Source of the DNA: Candidatus Nanopelagicales bacterium
Lineage (GTDB): Bacteria > Actinomycetota > Actinomycetes > S36-B12 > UBA5976
DNA length: 64,000 nt
Assembly: GCA_030157865.1 (NCBI GenBank)
Contig: JAOATY010000045.1
Coordinates: forward strand, 30,584-94,583
Reading direction: 5' to 3'
Part shown: positions 47,047-58,430 of the stretch, one piece after another
Layout: each line of letters begins with the position of its first letter
Position numbering within the stretch: position 1 is the stretch's first letter
Made by a program: the position numbers and the translations under genes
Notes under the pieces: model-generated
The model's input: the letters and a program-made list of their open reading frames with translations, nothing else
Database searches by the model: none
What the model was told of the DNA's origin: nothing

Positions 47047-50000
47047 CTAACTCGCACCTTGACCAGCAAGAGTGCGAATTGCACGCAATGCCACCGAAAG
47101 AGTCGCTAAATCATTTTGCTCACTGTGTGCAATCTCATTAAGTGTGGCTCTGGTTCGCGCAACACCCTCAGCAAACTTGCCTTCCCATTGGCTGATTCGA
47201 GAATCAATGGAATCTGAGTCCTTTGACGCTTGAACTACGCGTGAGGTTAAGGCGGCCAAGGCAACATAAAGGTCACTGCGAAGAGCCGAGCGGGCATAAG
47301 CAGTCCATCGATCATCGCGTGCCAAGGCTGAGATATGGAACAACATTCGATCGATGTCGTAACGCTCACTTAGTGCGAAGTAAAGTTCGGCAACATTTTC
47401 TGGGCTTGAATTTTCACGATTAGCAATTTCAATTACGTCCAACAGCGAGAATTCATCCAAGAAGCAACCAGTGCGAATTGCAAGGTCAGCTGGAACACCT
47501 TGTGCTTGATACTTCTTTGCAATGTCATCTGCTCGCTCGCGTTCAACGCCACGTAGAAGACCAGGTACGGAAGCGGTTAGCTTTGCAACGATTGGAGCAA
47601 ACTTTGCAATTTCCTCTTCAACGTTCAGGCGACCGCCACGTGACTGCAGGAACCAGCGAGTTGCTCGATCCAATAGACGTCGGGATTCTAGGAACAATTC
47701 CGTTTGGCAATCAGTTGAAACTTTGCCATCCAAGTTTTCTAAGTCTGTCCAAAGTTGGTTCAAGCCAAATACGTCACGCGAAACCACAAACGCACGCAAG
47801 ATTTCAGAGGTTCCAGCGCCACTTTCTTCGGCTGCTCGCCATGCGTAAGTAATACCTCCGCGATTAACCATGTCATTAACCATCACAGTTGAAATGATTT
47901 CCTTGCGCAGTGGATGAGATGACATTAAGTCGGCATACTTAACCCGCAAGTCTGATGGGAAGTACTTGTTCAAAATCTCTTGGCACCATGGCTCATTAAC
48001 AATCTCGTCATTTGCTCGGTCGCGAGTCAGATCGATCTTGACGTAAGCCATCAGTACTGAAAGTTCTGGCGATGTTAGACCTTGACCTTGGGCATGCAAA
48101 GCATCAAGTTGAGAATCTGTTGGTAAGTACTCAATTGCTCGGTTTAGGTGACCATTTGATTCGAGAGACTGCATTAGGCGCTTGTGAACGCGAAGCATTT
48201 CTGGTGCCTGGTATCTGGCTTGTTCCAAAATCAAATTCTGTTCATAGTTATCGCGCAGAACCAATTCGCCAACTTCGTCAGTCATTACTGCCAATTGCTT
48301 GTTGCGATCGTCAACGCTCAAACTTCCTGCAGAGACAGCCTGATCGAGCAGAATCTTGATGTTTACTTCATGATCCGAAGTATCAACACCAGCTGAGTTA
48401 TCAATAGCATCTGTGTTTAGCTTCACGCCTGCATGCGCTGCTTCGATACGACCTAATTGCGTTGCGCCTAGGTTTCCACCTTCGCCAACCACTCGAGCTC
48501 TGATGTCACTTCCGTTAATTCGGATTGCATCATTTGCCTTGTCCCCTACTTGGGCGTGGGTTTCTGAGGTTGCCTTGATGTAGGTTCCAATTCCACCATT
48601 CCAAAGCAGATCTACCGGAGCCAAAAGAATCATGGTTAGCAGTTCATTTGGAGTGACGCTGGTAATTTCAGGATCAATTCCTAGGGCTTGCTTAGCTTCA
48701 GCTGTTAAGTCGATTGACTTAACGCTGCGTGGATAAATTCCACCACCCTTGCTAATTAGCTTTACGTTGTAATCTTCCCAAGAGGATCTCGGCAGGTTGA
48801 ACAATCGCTGGCGCTCAACGAAAGACTTTGCGGCTTCTGGATTTGGATCGATGAAAATGTGACGATGATCGAAGGCGGCGATCAACCTGATGTGCTCGGA
48901 TAGCAACATTCCATTTCCAAATACGTCACCGCTCATGTCGCCTACGCCAACTGCGGTGAAATCTTGAGTCTGAGTGTTTACACCAAGCTCTAGGAAGTGA
49001 CGCTTAACGGATTCCCAGGCACCCTTGGCCGTGATGCCCATGGCTTTGTGGTCATAGCCAACCGAACCACCGGAAGCAAAGGCATCGCCCATCCAGAATC
49101 CGCGATCAACAGAGATCTTGTTTGCGATGTCAGAGAAGGTTGCAGTGCCCTTATCTGCAGCAACTACCAAGTAAGGATCATCCACGTCATGGCGAACTAC
49201 CCGCTCTGGCGGGACGACCTTTGCGTTAACTAAGTTGTCTGTGACATCGAGCAGTGCGCCAATAAACATCTGGTAGCAAGCGATACCTTCAGCTAACCAA
49301 GCATCACGATCACTTGGCTCTGGTCCGCGCTTAAGTACGAATCCACCCTTTGCGCCGCTTGGCACAATCACAGTGTTCTTAACCATCTGGGCCTTAACTA
49401 AGCCAAGAATTTCGGTTCGGAAATCTTCTTGGCGGTCTGACCAACGAAGTCCACCACGAGCAACGGACGCGAAACGTAAGTGCACGCCTTCAACTCGAGG
49501 GGAGAATACCCAGATCTCAAACTTAGGAAGTGGCAATGGCAAGTCCGGAACCATGCTTGGATCCAACTTGAATGCCATAACCTGCGGATAGTTTCCATCA
49601 GCGTCTAGTTGATAAACGTTTGTGCGCAGGGTTGCCGAAACCAAAGCGATGCTTGCTCGCATGATTCGGTCATGATCCAAGCTGGCAACCGCATCAAGTG
49701 CATCGTCAATCTTGCTAACTAATTGCTTTTGCTTAGCATCACGATCTTGCTCTAGCGCAGGATCGAAACGAACTGCGAACAACTGAACCAGCAATTGAAC
49801 AATGTTGATATTGGAAAGCAAAACCTGTTGCAGGTAACCCTGGCTAAATGGTGTTCCGGCTTGACGTAAGTAAGCTGCGTAGGCGCGAATGATTCCAACG
49901 TTGCGCGCTGATAGCCCAGCTTGAATTACCAATGCGTTGAATGGGTCGCTATCAACTTCCCCATGCCAAGTTGCCATGAAAGTGTTGCAGAATCTTTCAG

Positions 50001-51879
50001 ACAGAGAATCAAGCTCTGGTGCCTTTGAGTCATCAAAGCGCAATCCAAAGTCATAAACCCAGGCAACTGGCTGACCTTTTCGACGCAAGTCGTAAGCGCG
50101 CTCATCAATAACTTCAACACCAAGATCATGAAGCATTGGAAGGACTGCGGAAAGCGTTATTGAGCTATCAACGCGGTAAATAGTGAAGCGTCTGGTGCCA
50201 TCTTCGGGCAACTCAGGGGTATACATCGAAACTTTGATTGCTCCTGGAGCCTGTGACTCTAAGGATTCAAGGATCTTTAGGTGAGCAACAGCATTGTTCG
50301 CTGGAACATCTTCTTTAAATGACTCTGGGAAGGAATCCACCCAAGTGCGCAGCAGTCTTGCAGAATCTTCTTCGCCAACTTGCTCAACTAATGAATCAGC
50401 AAAATCGTCTTCCCAGAATCGGGTAGCTTCAGCTAGGTCAACTTCAAGCTGTTCAAGATCAATTTCTGGAATGTCTTTGCCAAGTGGCTTACGAATTACA
50501 AAATGGAGTCTGGCCAAAACGGATTCAGAAACTCGCGCAGTGTGATCAATCGATGTAGCGCCGTAAGCCTCAAGCAAAATTGCTTCCATGCGTAGGCGAA
50601 CTTCAGTGGTGTAACGATCTCGTGGGAAATAAACCAAAGCGGAAACGTATCGACCAAAAACCTCAGTGCGAGTAAAGACTCGGACCTGGCGTCGCTCTTG
50701 TAGCTGAAGTACTCGGCGAGCAACATCTTCCAGTTCTTCCGTTGAGATCTGGAACATTTCATCGCGAGGATAAGTTTCTAAGAACTGCATTAAGTCTTTT
50801 CCACTGTGGGAATCGCGCCCAAGTGCCATCGATGAAACTACGTCAGCTACCTTGCTGGAAAGTACTGGGATGTTGTTCACCGACTGGTTGTAAGCCGCTG
50901 ATGAGAACAGACCCAAGAATCGGTGTTCTCCAATTTGTTTGCCAGAAGCATCAACCTGGCGAATGCCAACGTAGTCCAGATAAACCGGACGATGTACCGT
51001 TGAACGCATCTTCGCCTTAGTAACGATCATTAACGAAGACATTGATGAATGATCCTGATCATCTTCGCTTAAGTAGCTACCGCTAGTTGCATCGCGCAAT
51101 GTGCCAAGTCCGGCGCCACTCACACTTGCTAATGCATTCTTAGTTAACGCGTATTTGGAATATCCAACGAATGTGAAGTGATTGTCGGTCAACCAACTCA
51201 AGAACTCAATTGCTTCACGACGCTCGCGATCACTGACGCCAGCCGCATTTTCAATTTCAGAAATAACTTCATCAAGCTTTGACTGCATAGCTGGCCAGTC
51301 CTCGACAGTTGCTCGAACGTCAACTAGTACTTGCTGGATTCTGGTGACGATCGCAGCTAGATCTGCTGAATCGGTTTCGCGATCAATCTCAACGCTGATC
51401 CAAGATTCTTGAAGCGCACCTTCAGGAGCCGACTCTCCTGGCAAAACATCACGATCGAGAATTTCAACAAGTTCACCTTGCGCATCGCGCTTTACCCAAA
51501 ACCGTGGATGAATAACTACGCGGATGGAACGGCCTTGCTGAGAAAGTTCTGCAGAAACTGAATCCACCAAGAACGGCATGTCATCAGTAACAACTTGAAC
51601 GACGGTATGAAGTGACTGCCAGCCGTTTGCATCAAGTGTTGGGGAAAGTGCCTGAACTCTTGAGTGTCCTGGTGTGCGGCTTTGACCTAAAGCAACGTGT
51701 GACTTGATTAGACCCTCAAGGTCACGAACTTCGGTTCCGACTAGATCCTCGGGTGCAACCAGATCAAAGTAGCGGGATACAACGGTAGTTAAGTCTTTGG
51801 AAATGGACTTTTCAACTCGTGAAATTAACTCGTCACGAGCCTCTTCTAGGCGACGCGAACCGCGCGAAGTTACCGACAC
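47047..51879 (-). CDS. gdh: Large NAD-specific glutamate dehydrogenase (about 1600-aa GdhB type)
   Basis: Length and conserved catalytic core (..GGLRWSDR.., KGGFV, GPDMGT-like region). The GTG at 51879 is preceded by AGGAGG at 9-nt spacing; the ORF track extends to 51924. Confidence 0.9.
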   Translation of the reverse strand: MSVTSRGSRRLEEARDELISRVEKSISKDLTTVVSRYFDLVAPEDLVGTEVRDLEGLIKSHVALGQSRTPGHSRVQALSPTLDANGWQSLHTVVQVVTDDMPFLVDSVSAELSQQGRSIRVVIHPRFWVKRDAQGELVEILDRDVLPGESAPEGALQESWISVEIDRETDSADLAAIVTRIQQVLVDVRATVEDWPAMQSKLDEVISEIENAAGVSDRERREAIEFLSWLTDNHFTFVGYSKYALTKNALASVSGAGLGTLRDATSGSYLSEDDQDHSSMSSLMIVTKAKMRSTVHRPVYLDYVGIRQVDASGKQIGEHRFLGLFSSAAYNQSVNNIPVLSSKVADVVSSMALGRDSHSGKDLMQFLETYPRDEMFQISTEELEDVARRVLQLQERRQVRVFTRTEVFGRYVSALVYFPRDRYTTEVRLRMEAILLEAYGATSIDHTARVSESVLARLHFVIRKPLGKDIPEIDLEQLEVDLAEATRFWEDDFADSLVEQVGEEDSARLLRTWVDSFPESFKEDVPANNAVAHLKILESLESQAPGAIKVSMYTPELPEDGTRRFTIYRVDSSITLSAVLPMLHDLGVEVIDERAYDLRRKGQPVAWVYDFGLRFDDSKAPELDSLSERFCNTFMATWHGEVDSDPFNALVIQAGLSARNVGIIRAYAAYLRQAGTPFSQGYLQQVLLSNINIVQLLVQLFAVRFDPALEQDRDAKQKQLVSKIDDALDAVASLDHDRIMRASIALVSATLRTNVYQLDADGNYPQVMAFKLDPSMVPDLPLPLPKFEIWVFSPRVEGVHLRFASVARGGLRWSDRQEDFRTEILGLVKAQMVKNTVIVPSGAKGGFVLKRGPEPSDRDAWLAEGIACYQMFIGALLDVTDNLVNAKVVPPERVVRHDVDDPYLVVAADKGTATFSDIANKISVDRGFWMGDAFASGGSVGYDHKAMGITAKGAWESVKRHFLELGVNTQTQDFTAVGVGDMSGDVFGNGMLLSEHIRLIAAFDHRHIFIDPNPEAAKSFVERQRLFNLPRSSWEDYNVKLISKGGGIYPRSVKSIDLTAEAKQALGIDPEITSVTPNELLTMILLAPVDLLWNGGIGTYIKATSETHAQVGDKANDAIRINGSDIRARVVGEGGNLGATQLGRIEAAHAGVKLNTDAIDNSAGVDTSDHEVNIKILLDQAVSAGSLSVDDRNKQLAVMTDEVGELVLRDNYEQNLILEQARYQAPEMLRVHKRLMQSLESNGHLNRAIEYLPTDSQLDALHAQGQGLTSPELSVLMAYVKIDLTRDRANDEIVNEPWCQEILNKYFPSDLRVKYADLMSSHPLRKEIISTVMVNDMVNRGGITYAWRAAEESGAGTSEILRAFVVSRDVFGLNQLWTDLENLDGKVSTDCQTELFLESRRLLDRATRWFLQSRGGRLNVEEEIAKFAPIVAKLTASVPGLLRGVERERADDIAKKYQAQGVPADLAIRTGCFLDEFSLLDVIEIANRENSSPENVAELYFALSERYDIDRMLFHISALARDDRWTAYARSALRSDLYVALAALTSRVVQASKDSDSIDSRISQWEGKFAEGVARTRATLNEIAHSEQNDLATLSVALRAIRTLAGQGAS

Positions 51880-51973
51880 TTTAAGAAGCCTCCTGGGGTC
51901 ACACTCGGCGCGTGAACACCCCATAACCCTACCAATTCAGGCATTCGCAAAGATTCGGGACATAGATTGGGGT

Positions 51974-53191
51974 GTGAGCATTTCTTGGCTGCAAAGCCCC
52001 GTGGGCCAAGCGGTGATCCAATCAGCCAAAATGCACGCCGATCCCCTTACGGCCATCCCCGCGCTACGTAAGCAATTTTCCGAGATCTCCCCAGACCTGA
52101 TTTCCCTAGCCTTTAGCCAGGCTCAGCTGCAGCGTCGGCTGGAAGCCAGATGGGGAACTTCCGCAACTGACCTCTTGCTGACTGAAGACGGAATTAGCCA
52201 GGCCACTAGGCCTGAGGTTGCTAGTTATCGCGCCGAATTCATTGCCCACAAATTTGGTGCCAACGCCCATGTCTTAGACCTGACCTGTGGACTTGGTTTC
52301 GATTCGCGAGAGTTCGCTCGAAAGGGACTAAAAGTAACTGCAGTTGAAATTGATCCCGAGGTAGCGCAATACGCCCAACATAATCTGAATGAGTTTGGAG
52401 TAACGGTGCATTGCGCCGATGCCGCAGACTTTGAGATACCCGATGATGTCGACGTAGTTTTCGTTGATCCAGCTCGTCGCAATCCAAATGCTGCCAAAAA
52501 TTCAATGGGAAACACAAAGCGAATTTTTGATCCCTCGCAATGGTCACCTAGCTGGGATACCATTGCTCAAATAACTAAGTCCCATCCAGTGATTGCCAAA
52601 GTTGCACCTGGAATAGATAAAGCAGATCTTGCAGATTGGGATGCGCGTTGGATTAGTTCTGATGGTGACTTAGTTGAATGTTTTCTAAGCAGTGCAGGTT
52701 CTGGCATTCGAGCCGCTGTTCTGCTCGACTCTGCTAACAATTCAAGTGTCGAAATCATGGGTGATGAAATAACCAAAACCCAAGAACTAGGTGGCTTCTT
52801 AGTTGTTCCAGATCCAGCCTTGATACGTGCCAGTGCACTTGATGCAGTTGCTTCGCTTTGCAATGGTGGCTTGGTAAATGAACACATAGCTTGGTTGACT
52901 TCAGATGACTCCAGTGCTGTTTCCAATCTGGCTAACCAGTCGCCAAGCTTGGCAAGTATCTTGACGATTGAATCTCATTTCAAATTTTCCGAAAAACAAA
53001 TGGTTGCAACTTTGAAGGACTTTGAAGCTTCTGGTGTAACTGTGATGACTCGAGGCATGCAACTAGACGTTGAAGTGATTCGAAAGACAGCCGTGAAAAC
53101 GTCGAAATCAGGAAAGCAAGAGTTAGTAATTGCTATCTATCGAGACGATGCTGGGCCACAAGCCCTCGTATGTCGACGTTATCTAAGTTGA
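51974..53191 (+). CDS. Class I SAM-dependent methyltransferase with C-terminal THUMP-like domain
   Basis: VLDLTCGLGFDS SAM motif I and DVVFVDPARR. The start is uncertain (GTG 51974 or ATG 52031). The ORF-track start at 51797 overlaps gdh. Confidence 0.7.
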   Translation: MSISWLQSPVGQAVIQSAKMHADPLTAIPALRKQFSEISPDLISLAFSQAQLQRRLEARWGTSATDLLLTEDGISQATRPEVASYRAEFIAHKFGANAHVLDLTCGLGFDSREFARKGLKVTAVEIDPEVAQYAQHNLNEFGVTVHCADAADFEIPDDVDVVFVDPARRNPNAAKNSMGNTKRIFDPSQWSPSWDTIAQITKSHPVIAKVAPGIDKADLADWDARWISSDGDLVECFLSSAGSGIRAAVLLDSANNSSVEIMGDEITKTQELGGFLVVPDPALIRASALDAVASLCNGGLVNEHIAWLTSDDSSAVSNLANQSPSLASILTIESHFKFSEKQMVATLKDFEASGVTVMTRGMQLDVEVIRKTAVKTSKSGKQELVIAIYRDDAGPQALVCRRYLS

Positions 53192-54090
53192 GCTAAGTCT
53201 TTTTCTAACTGAGTAATTGCATCTGGGCCAAGACCGCAGCAACCACCAATTAGCGTTGCGCCAGCAGTAACCCATTCACTGACAATCTTTGTTGGCAGGG
53301 TTGTGTGACCTTCACCAATCCAACACATGTTTTCGCCATCCCAAACTCGTCCAGCGTTGGGATACACAACTAGTGGAAGTGAAGTTTTGGCTGAGAGTTT
53401 GCGAAGTAATGATGTGACATGTTCTGGCATGGTGCAGTTAATACCAATCGCAACAATTGATTCGCAATCTTTAACAATTTCAGCAAGATGCCCAATGCCT
53501 TGTCCGGCACACGTTGAGTCTCCATCTTGCGCGCTCATTGTGATCCAGGCTGGAATGTGTGGGAAGTCAGCCAATACTTCTACCAAGGCTCGAACTTCAT
53601 CCAAATCAGGAATGGTCTCACAGGCAAAAACATCTGGATTAGCGCTTGCTAATACTTCGATGCGTTCCCGATGAAATCTAACTAAATCTTCGTGAGCAAC
53701 TCCGTAGTTACCTACGTATTCCTGTCCCCCACCAAGCACTGCGCCATAAGGACCGACGCTGGCTGCAACCCAAACTTTTTCTGGCGCTTTTGCAGCTACA
53801 TCTTTTGCAAGTGTGATGGATAGTTTCATTAGGTCATCGGCTTGAGCTTCAGTCATTCCAGTAGCGACAAAGCCAGTTCGGCTTGCTTGATAAGAAGCGG
53901 TGATGATCACGCGACCACCGGCATCAACATAATCCTGATGAACTTCCGCAATCGCTTCAGGCGCATCGCGAAGTAATCGAGCCGACCATAGCTTGTCAGC
54001 TAAATTGTGGCCACGCTTTTCAAGTTCACCAGAAAGGCCTCCATCAATCGGCCAAGGTCCTTGCGCTAACCAACTTGCAAAACTCGTCAC
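53179..54090 (-). CDS. mmuM: Homocysteine S-methyltransferase
   Basis: LW(S/G)ARLL and the C-terminal GGCCG Zn-binding motif. Confidence 0.85.
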   Translation of the reverse strand: MTSFASWLAQGPWPIDGGLSGELEKRGHNLADKLWSARLLRDAPEAIAEVHQDYVDAGGRVIITASYQASRTGFVATGMTEAQADDLMKLSITLAKDVAAKAPEKVWVAASVGPYGAVLGGGQEYVGNYGVAHEDLVRFHRERIEVLASANPDVFACETIPDLDEVRALVEVLADFPHIPAWITMSAQDGDSTCAGQGIGHLAEIVKDCESIVAIGINCTMPEHVTSLLRKLSAKTSLPLVVYPNAGRVWDGENMCWIGEGHTTLPTKIVSEWVTAGATLIGGCCGLGPDAITQLEKDLAQLR

Positions 54091-55133
54091 TATGCCACCA
54101 CGTTCGTTATGTTCATCGAAGAATCTGTTGCGAAACTCAATTGTGAAGCATCACGGCCTCGTTTGACCAATTCCGAGCCAAGAGCGGCGACCATCGCCCC
54201 GTTGTCAGTGCAAAGACCAGGGCGCGGAATTCGAAGTGAGATGTTGTGTTCTTGGCATCGTTGCGCTGCTTCACTTCGCAAACGACTATTGGCAGCAACA
54301 CCACCACCTATAACCAAGGTTCCAACATCGTTACTTAGGCAGGCATCAATTGCCTTTCGCAGCAAGACATCAACAACTGCTTCCTGGAAGGATGCAGCAA
54401 CATCATTCACCATCACTGCATTTCCAGAGCGCTGCTCGGTTTCTATCCATCGCGCTACTGCAGTCTTTAAACCTGAAAACGAAACATCAAAACGATGCTT
54501 AGCCATGTCTTTTGGTGAGGTTAATCCACGCGGAAAATCAATGGCATTTGGATTACCCGTTTGCGCAGCTTTATCTATGTATGGTCCGCCAGGAAATGGC
54601 AGTCCCAATACGCGGGCAATCTTGTCGAATGCCTCACCTGCTGCATCGTCGATAGTTTGACCAAGTTGAATTACATCTTCAGTGATGTCAGGCACTAAAA
54701 GCAATGACGAATGGCCACCAGAAACCAGCATTGCCACACTTGGTTCATCTAATGGACCATGTTCGAGTTGATCAACACAAACATGAGCAGCTAAGTGGTT
54801 AACTCCGTAAATCGGCTTACCCAAAGCGACTGCCAAAGACTTTGCGGCAGCAACTCCAACGAGTAAGGCTCCGGCTAAGCCTGGGCCAGAAGTAACTGCA
54901 ATTGCTTCAACATCATCAAGTTTGATATTTGCGGTCTTGCAGGCGCGTTCAATTGTTGGGACCATTGCCTCCAAGTGAGCGCGACTTGCAATTTCAGGCA
55001 CGACTCCCCCGAAGCGGGCATGTTCGTCAACACTTGATGCAACTTCATCAGCCAGCAAAGTTGTGCCGCGAACGATTCCGATTCCGGTTTCATCGCAGGA
55101 AGTTTCTATTCCCAAAATCAATGGCTCAGACAT
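54090..55133 (-). CDS. tsaD: tRNA N6-adenosine threonylcarbamoyltransferase
   Basis: [12 protein letters not shown] and SGGHS motifs. Confidence 0.95.
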   Translation of the reverse strand: MSEPLILGIETSCDETGIGIVRGTTLLADEVASSVDEHARFGGVVPEIASRAHLEAMVPTIERACKTANIKLDDVEAIAVTSGPGLAGALLVGVAAAKSLAVALGKPIYGVNHLAAHVCVDQLEHGPLDEPSVAMLVSGGHSSLLLVPDITEDVIQLGQTIDDAAGEAFDKIARVLGLPFPGGPYIDKAAQTGNPNAIDFPRGLTSPKDMAKHRFDVSFSGLKTAVARWIETEQRSGNAVMVNDVAASFQEAVVDVLLRKAIDACLSNDVGTLVIGGGVAANSRLRSEAAQRCQEHNISLRIPRPGLCTDNGAMVAALGSELVKRGRDASQLSFATDSSMNITNVVA

Positions 55134-55578
55134 TAGCTACTCGCTTTCGCATAATGTTTGCGTCAATTGTGTTTCCGTAATAGTTGCGCCTAACGTCAAT
55201 TCGTTCATAGCCACGAGATGCATACATCTTCATGGCAGCTTCATTGTCGCTACGTACCTCTAAGAATATTTCTCGAACGTTTCTCAAAGTAGCTTGTGAC
55301 TCAAGCCAATCCATCAAGGCAGTGCCGATCCCTTTGCCCTGTTGATCCTTCGAAACCGCAATGGTATTCACATCACCTTGCTTGCCGACATATCTAAATG
55401 AGGCATAGCCAACAATTTCTGAATCCAGAATTGCCACGGCAACATCGCGAGAGTTAGAAACTTCAGCGAGCTCTTCTAGAAATACTGTTTCACTCCATGC
55501 ATCAATCGGAAACAAGTCGACTTCTAGTGCCAAGACTGCCGCTAAGTCGGAGTGCTTCATCGGGCGAATTTCTAACAT
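55126..55578 (-). CDS. rimI: Ribosomal-protein-alanine N-acetyltransferase
   Basis: GNAT Q-x-x-G-x-G motif (QQGKGIG). Position between tsaB and tsaD. Confidence 0.85.
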   Translation of the reverse strand: MLEIRPMKHSDLAAVLALEVDLFPIDAWSETVFLEELAEVSNSRDVAVAILDSEIVGYASFRYVGKQGDVNTIAVSKDQQGKGIGTALMDWLESQATLRNVREIFLEVRSDNEAAMKMYASRGYERIDVRRNYYGNTIDANIMRKRVANV

Positions 55579-56195
55579 CAGAGAACCGACTTTCTGTTGG
55601 TCGGTTCTACTGCATCTGGCTTTCGTAAATACATCGGTGACACATCCACGAGCTGTGCTGTTCCAGATGCAAAAAGTTTTGCTAACGATCCTGCTTTCAA
55701 TTCCAATGCTTTCCCCGAAATGACATCTGGGTAAAGCTGTGCACCGGGACCGACAAATTCAGCATCAGGAAATTGTGCGAGCAAATCCTCTGGCTTGGAT
55801 ACTTGTGGCTCGTCTATGCGCTTTCCTTCGTATCGTGCCCAGTACAGCTCTTTGCGGCGCGCATCGGTAACAACAACACAAGGTTTTTCGTAATCAAATG
55901 CAATTGCATCCAGCGAACAGATTCCATGAATTGGGACGCCTCTGGCATGGGCGAATACTGAAGCCGTCACCAGACCTACACGCAAGCCAGTGAATGGGCC
56001 AGGTCCAACGCCGACAACTACATCAGTAACCTCGGCTATCGCTAAGCCTGACTTAGCAACCACTTGCGAAATCAAATCTGCAGTAAGTTCGCCTTGCATT
56101 CCGTGATCAACAGCCTGGCTTTGAGTTAGCTCACCATTGCTACGCAAGATTGCAACGCTTACGCCTACCGAAGTATCAATTGCTATTACATTCAT
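55578..56195 (-). CDS. tsaB: t6A biosynthesis protein TsaB
   Basis: IAIDTS N-terminus and operon context. Confidence 0.9.
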   Translation of the reverse strand: MNVIAIDTSVGVSVAILRSNGELTQSQAVDHGMQGELTADLISQVVAKSGLAIAEVTDVVVGVGPGPFTGLRVGLVTASVFAHARGVPIHGICSLDAIAFDYEKPCVVVTDARRKELYWARYEGKRIDEPQVSKPEDLLAQFPDAEFVGPGAQLYPDVISGKALELKAGSLAKLFASGTAQLVDVSPMYLRKPDAVEPTNRKSVL

Positions 56196-56689
56196 GCGAA
56201 CAGCCCTGCTAGATCCAAGTCGCTCCAGCGATCTCCAACGGCTGTCACTGAAATTGACCGATCTCCACTCGCCGGATCAGTGTCATCGTTAAGTTCTTCC
56301 GCTCGATCAATCTCTATCTCAAGCCAGTTATCGGTAAATCCCGAAACAAAATCTTTGCCCCACTCAATTACATAAGCTGCGTTTTTTGTGGCATCCAAAT
56401 CTAAGTCGACCAAGTCACTCTGGCTCGAAAGTCGGTATGCATCCACGTGCACCAACGCCAATCCACTTCCTTGTGGTTTATGCACTCGAGAAACCACAAA
56501 CGTTGGACTGGTAACTACGCCTTGCACATCAAGTTGCTCGGCTAAACCTTTAACGAAGGTAGTTTTTCCTGCACCTAAAGGTCCGCTCAACACAACAACA
56601 TCATCGGCAATCAAGAGTGCGCCAATTTGTTTTCCAAATGCCTGCATTTGTTCAGATGTTGAAATGGAAAAAGACACAAGTGCTACCAA
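56192..56689 (-). CDS. tsaE: t6A biosynthesis ATPase TsaE
   Basis: GPLGAGKTTFVKG and SPTF motifs. Confidence 0.9.
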   Translation of the reverse strand: MVALVSFSISTSEQMQAFGKQIGALLIADDVVVLSGPLGAGKTTFVKGLAEQLDVQGVVTSPTFVVSRVHKPQGSGLALVHVDAYRLSSQSDLVDLDLDATKNAAYVIEWGKDFVSGFTDNWLEIEIDRAEELNDDTDPASGDRSISVTAVGDRWSDLDLAGLFA

Positions 56690-57816
56690 GAGTTGTTAAT
56701 GAATTCGCGATGGACGCGAGGACCAATGCGAGTGATGATTTCATATGAGATTGTGTCAGCGGCGATAGCCCAATCTTCAACACTTGGCTCACCACGTTCA
56801 GGGTCACCGAAAAGAACTACTTCTTCGCCGAGCTGAACGTCCAAATTTCCAACATCCAAAACAAACTGGTCCATACATACTCGACCAGCAATCTTGCGAA
56901 TCTCTCCACCAACTAAAACAGGCCCACGATTAGTTGCACTTCTCGGCACGCCATCGGCATATCCGGCTGGGATTAGAGCCAAAGTTGTATCAGCAGTGGT
57001 GTGGTACTGGTGAGCATAAGAAACACCAGTGCCGGCTGGTACTTTCTTTAACAAAACAATCGGAGCGCAAAGCGTCATAACTGGCTTTAGATCAAAATCT
57101 GTTGCAACGCCAACTTCTTCACCGGGTGAAACTCCATAGGCCGCAACACCTGGGCGAACCATGTTGAAATAGGTTTCTGGCAAAGCAAGCGTGGCTGCGG
57201 AGTTTGCTAAGTGCTTTACTTCAAGTTCGAAATTTGCTGCTTCTAACAAATCAACAGCAGTTTTAAACTCAGCAATCTGATCAGCAATTGTTGAATTGCT
57301 TGGCTCATCCGCGTAAGCAAAGTGAGACATTACGCCAACTACCTTTACGGTGCCTTCAGCTTCAGCTTTGCTTAATGCAGAAATCAACTCAGGTAAATCG
57401 GCGAGTGTGACACCATTTCGATTTAAACCTGTATCAACTTTGACGTGAAGCCGAGCAACTCGATCAACTGAATATGCAGCATTACTTATCGCCTTCAAAG
57501 TAGCTACTGAATTAACTCCCAAATCAATATCGCGCGCTATGCATTCCGCAAATCGATCATATGGAGTGTTGAGCCAAGCAAGGATTGGACCAGGAACGTT
57601 TCCTTCGCGAAGCGCAACGGCTTCTTCAAGTAATGCCACACCTAAGTAATCAGCTCCGGCATTAACTGCCGCTTGCCCGCACTTAACTAAGCCATGACCG
57701 TAGGCATCGGCTTTAACTACAACCATTAACTTTCGGCCATCAGTGCGCGCTTTAAGAACTCGAACGTTATGTGCCAGGGCACCTAGATCAATTCGAGCCG
57801 TCACATGAGCAGACAT
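56683..57816 (-). CDS. alr: Alanine racemase
   Basis: VVKADAYGHG PLP-Lys motif. Confidence 0.95.
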   Translation of the reverse strand: MSAHVTARIDLGALAHNVRVLKARTDGRKLMVVVKADAYGHGLVKCGQAAVNAGADYLGVALLEEAVALREGNVPGPILAWLNTPYDRFAECIARDIDLGVNSVATLKAISNAAYSVDRVARLHVKVDTGLNRNGVTLADLPELISALSKAEAEGTVKVVGVMSHFAYADEPSNSTIADQIAEFKTAVDLLEAANFELEVKHLANSAATLALPETYFNMVRPGVAAYGVSPGEEVGVATDFDLKPVMTLCAPIVLLKKVPAGTGVSYAHQYHTTADTTLALIPAGYADGVPRSATNRGPVLVGGEIRKIAGRVCMDQFVLDVGNLDVQLGEEVVLFGDPERGEPSVEDWAIAADTISYEIITRIGPRVHREFINNSW

Positions 57817-57824
57817 CTAAATAC

Positions 57825-58193
57825 CTAAACCTTCTCTGCGATTACATACGCAATTGCAACCGGACCATCATGGCTGAGTGAGACATGCCAATTGGTTACG
57901 CCTTGGTCGTCAGCAACCTTGGCAACCGAACCGCGAACAGAAATTTTTGGTGCGCCGCCATTGCTGACTTCGCAATCATGCCATTCCATACCCACCGGAG
58001 CACCTAATGCTTTCGCGACTGCTTCTTTAACGGCAAACCGGCCAGCTAGAGAAATCAAAGGCAATTGATGGCCTTCAGCACTGGTCTGTTCGGCTTTAGT
58101 AAATAGCCGATCGATGATTCCAGGAGTTCGCTCCACGACCCCCGAAAAGCGTGCCAAGTCCACGACATCGACACCGATTCCAACTATGGCCAT
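57825..58193 (-). CDS. acpS: Holo-[acyl-carrier-protein] synthase
   Basis: GIGVDVV N-terminus, 122 aa. Confidence 0.9.
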   Translation of the reverse strand: MAIVGIGVDVVDLARFSGVVERTPGIIDRLFTKAEQTSAEGHQLPLISLAGRFAVKEAVAKALGAPVGMEWHDCEVSNGGAPKISVRGSVAKVADDQGVTNWHVSLSHDGPVAIAYVIAEKV

Positions 58194-58314
58194 GTCTTAA
58201 CTTTGCCGTGAATACTGGTTTTTTCAAACTTGGCCCACAAGATCCTAGTAATACCAAGGCAGGTAGTTATGTCATTTTTGCAACAGGGGTAACTCTGGCT
58301 ACAGTGGAGGTATC

Positions 58315-58388
58315 GGTGCTGTTGAGCGGAAGCAACAGCACCAAACTATGGTCCAGCACGCTCAGGATTTCCATAGGTAATCCTGAGC
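58315..58388. other. Two perfect 10-bp hairpins in the glmS-acpS spacer (possible structured RNA)
   Basis: GGTGCTGTTG-n8-CAACAGCACC (58315-58342) and GCTCAGGATT-n9-AATCCTGAGC (58360-58388). A third 12-bp hairpin at 58410-58438 overlaps the glmS stop. Confidence 0.35.
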
Positions 58389-58430
58389 AAATAAGCACTG
58401 CTGACTTGGTTGAATAACTTCTTTCAGAAG

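Noticed and set aside
51880-51924. First 15 codons of the gdh ORF
   Set aside because: The GTG at 51879 has an AGGAGG Shine-Dalgarno at 9-nt spacing, whereas the upstream ATG has none. The start remains unverified.
51797-51973. Upstream part of the methyltransferase ORF 51797-53191
   Set aside because: It overlaps the 5' end of the gdh gene on the opposite strand. A start after 51924 (GTG 51974 or ATG 52031) is more plausible.
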